Virus record (IMG/VR): IMGVR_UViG_3300032159_000001
Length of the DNA stretch: 64,000 nucleotides
Reading direction: 5' to 3' (one strand)
Source: a virus
The notes under the pieces were generated by a model. That model searched no databases. It worked only from the letters and a program-made list of their open reading frames with translations, and was not told the DNA's origin. The position numbers and the translations under genes were made by a program. Shown here piece after piece: positions 62,570-64,000 of this stretch (the first letter of the stretch is position 1; every line of letters begins with the position of its first letter).

Positions 62570-63043
62570 ATGGCCTTTCACAGCCACGTCTACAATCGAG
62601 CCGATCACGACGAGCGCTACCCGCTGGGCTTGCCCTGGTGCCACGAGGCCGGCGTCGAGCAGCACTTCTTCGCCACCGAGACCGAGGCCTGCGCTGCGCA
62701 GCGGGACTACCGGCGCTGGAACGGCCGGGACCCGGAGACTGGAGAGGTCCCCGACCTTGTCGGGCAGCGGATGCGCGTCAAGCACGACCACAGTCTCGTT
62801 GGCCGTGTCTCAGAGCATGGCCGGGGGTACATCACGATCCAGGTTCATGACACGAACCCGATCACCCGCACGTCCGACGCATTCGAGCCGGCGCCGCCCG
62901 ACCCGCTCGTCGAGGCGCTGCGCCTCGTGTGCGAGCTGGCCGAGGGCAACGTCGCCGATGCCCGCGACGACGGGCGGGAGGAACACGACCGCCAGTGCGC
63001 CGCCCTCGACCTCGTGACGAAGCATCTGGAGGAGCTGTCGTGA
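62570..63043 (+). CDS. Hypothetical protein
   Basis: GGGAG SD overlapping motif B. Confidence 0.7.
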   Translation: MAFHSHVYNRADHDERYPLGLPWCHEAGVEQHFFATETEACAAQRDYRRWNGRDPETGEVPDLVGQRMRVKHDHSLVGRVSEHGRGYITIQVHDTNPITRTSDAFEPAPPDPLVEALRLVCELAEGNVADARDDGREEHDRQCAALDLVTKHLEELS

Positions 63044-63618
63044 GCATCGCCAGCAAGATCGCCCACCACGCCGGCGCCATCGAACTGGCCGCCCAACGAC
63101 TCGACAAGAGCGGCTTCCCCGCGCTCGCGGACGGCTGCACCAAGGCAGCGGCCTTCCTCCGCGCCGGTCTGGAGTTGGAGAGGCCCCGGATGCTGGAGGT
63201 CATCGAGAACCTTCGCCATCAGCTCGCTGCCTGGGTGGAGATCGCGGACGACGAGGACGACCGTCAAGAGGATCACGACGCCATCACGGCGGCCGATGCG
63301 ATCCTGGCCGGTAAGACCCCGGCCATCGAGACGCCCCGGATGCTCGTGCTGAGCACGGCGCACATCTCGGAGTCGACCAACGATATGTTCGACTTCAACA
63401 CCGACGACGTGCCTCAGTTCTTCCCCAAGCACCCTTGGGGTTCGCCGAGTGAGGGGCTGGGCTGGCTGATCCCTATCGTCGGCAACGAGCCGTTCCCGCA
63501 TACCTGCCCGGAGGATCTCCGTGCCATCCGCGCCCTGGCCGAGGCCAACGGCTGCACGTGGATCATGCTCGACCGCGACGCCGATGTCGTAGATGGTCTA
63601 CCGATCTACGAGTGGTAG
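63040..63618 (+). CDS. Protein with C-terminal DUF5983-like domain
   Basis: LVLSTAHI..GWLI..P.DL..A...GCTWIMLDRD..LPIYEW. Confidence 0.7.
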   Translation: MSIASKIAHHAGAIELAAQRLDKSGFPALADGCTKAAAFLRAGLELERPRMLEVIENLRHQLAAWVEIADDEDDRQEDHDAITAADAILAGKTPAIETPRMLVLSTAHISESTNDMFDFNTDDVPQFFPKHPWGSPSEGLGWLIPIVGNEPFPHTCPEDLRAIRALAEANGCTWIMLDRDADVVDGLPIYEW

Positions 63619-63630
63619 GAGACGACGACG

Positions 63631-63846
63631 ATGCCTGAGCCCGAGACCGTATCCCTGAAGCCTGGCGACACCGTTCGCCTGGTGTCCGGTGGTCCGCTGA
63701 TGACCACCGTTCCAGGGTACGTTTCTTTTCGGATGGACGGTGTCGTTCGGTGGTGCTGCGTCTGGCACGATGCAGCTGGTCATTATCATGAAGCCGATGT
63801 CCCGGAAGAGGCGCTCGTGAAGGAGGTCGTGAATGAGCAGACCTGA
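63631..63846 (+). CDS. DUF2158 (YodC-like) protein
   Basis: LKPGDTVRLVSGGPLMT..CVWHD..VPEEAL. Confidence 0.8.
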   Translation: MPEPETVSLKPGDTVRLVSGGPLMTTVPGYVSFRMDGVVRWCCVWHDAAGHYHEADVPEEALVKEVVNEQT

Positions 63847-64000
63847 TCCGTTGACCGCCTATGCTGCGACCAACGGTCACGACATTTTTCATGGGACAAT
63901 CAGACTCTCGCGGAGCGAAGCCGAGCGAGCCTGGGCTCGCGATTTCGGCAACATCAGACCGGGCGACGACTCGGTATCGATGGAGATCCTCGATAGGATC
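63833..64000 (+). CDS. Hypothetical protein, 3'-truncated
   Basis: GGAGG SD, open to the window end. Confidence 0.5.
   Translation, partial: MSRPDPLTAYAATNGHDIFHGTIRLSRSEAERAWARDFGNIRPGDDSVSMEILDRI

Noticed and set aside
1-64000. tRNA/rRNA genes, integrase, transposase, introns or inteins
   Set aside because: No cloverleaf or catalytic motifs recognised by eye; RNR, TerL and primase have normal lengths. A tRNAscan or HMM search would be needed to be certain.

Overview
The window is one high-GC tailed dsDNA phage genome segment (siphovirus-type, lambda-like tail tip M/L/K/I/J), probably infecting an alphaproteobacterium. Methylobacterium is my guess, from the Crp/Fnr paralog type and the B12-dependent RNR; it is not proven. 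Layout: (1) 1-13.4 kb, + strand: DNA replication, recombination and nucleotide metabolism (PolA C-terminus, ATP ligase, class II RNR, ThyX, RecU-like resolvase, DEDDh exonuclease, SbcD/SbcC-like pair, HD hydrolase, DUF5664, MazG). (2) 13.4-46.1 kb, - strand: terminase, portal, protease/scaffold, capsid, neck, tail, tape measure with lytic transglycosylase, 2164-aa tail tip, GH108 endolysin, holin, SGNH hydrolase. (3) 46.2-51.3 kb: primase-helicase and small ORFs. (4) 51.9-52.8 kb: a plasmid-type ParA plus ribbon-helix-helix partition cassette. (5) 53-64 kb: control regions, a Crp/Fnr regulator and a dense array of small early genes. No integrase, CI-like repressor, tRNA, CRISPR array or reverse transcriptase is visible. 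The most notable signals are non-coding: three families of 15-bp palindromes (about 16, 7 and 3 copies), a fourth 17-bp family, a repeated gene-junction element whose hairpin changes sequence but keeps its pairing, and a CTAG-rich non-coding region. Together with the partition cassette these suggest a phage-plasmid with a layered operator network. All functional calls come from motifs read by eye; no database search was run.
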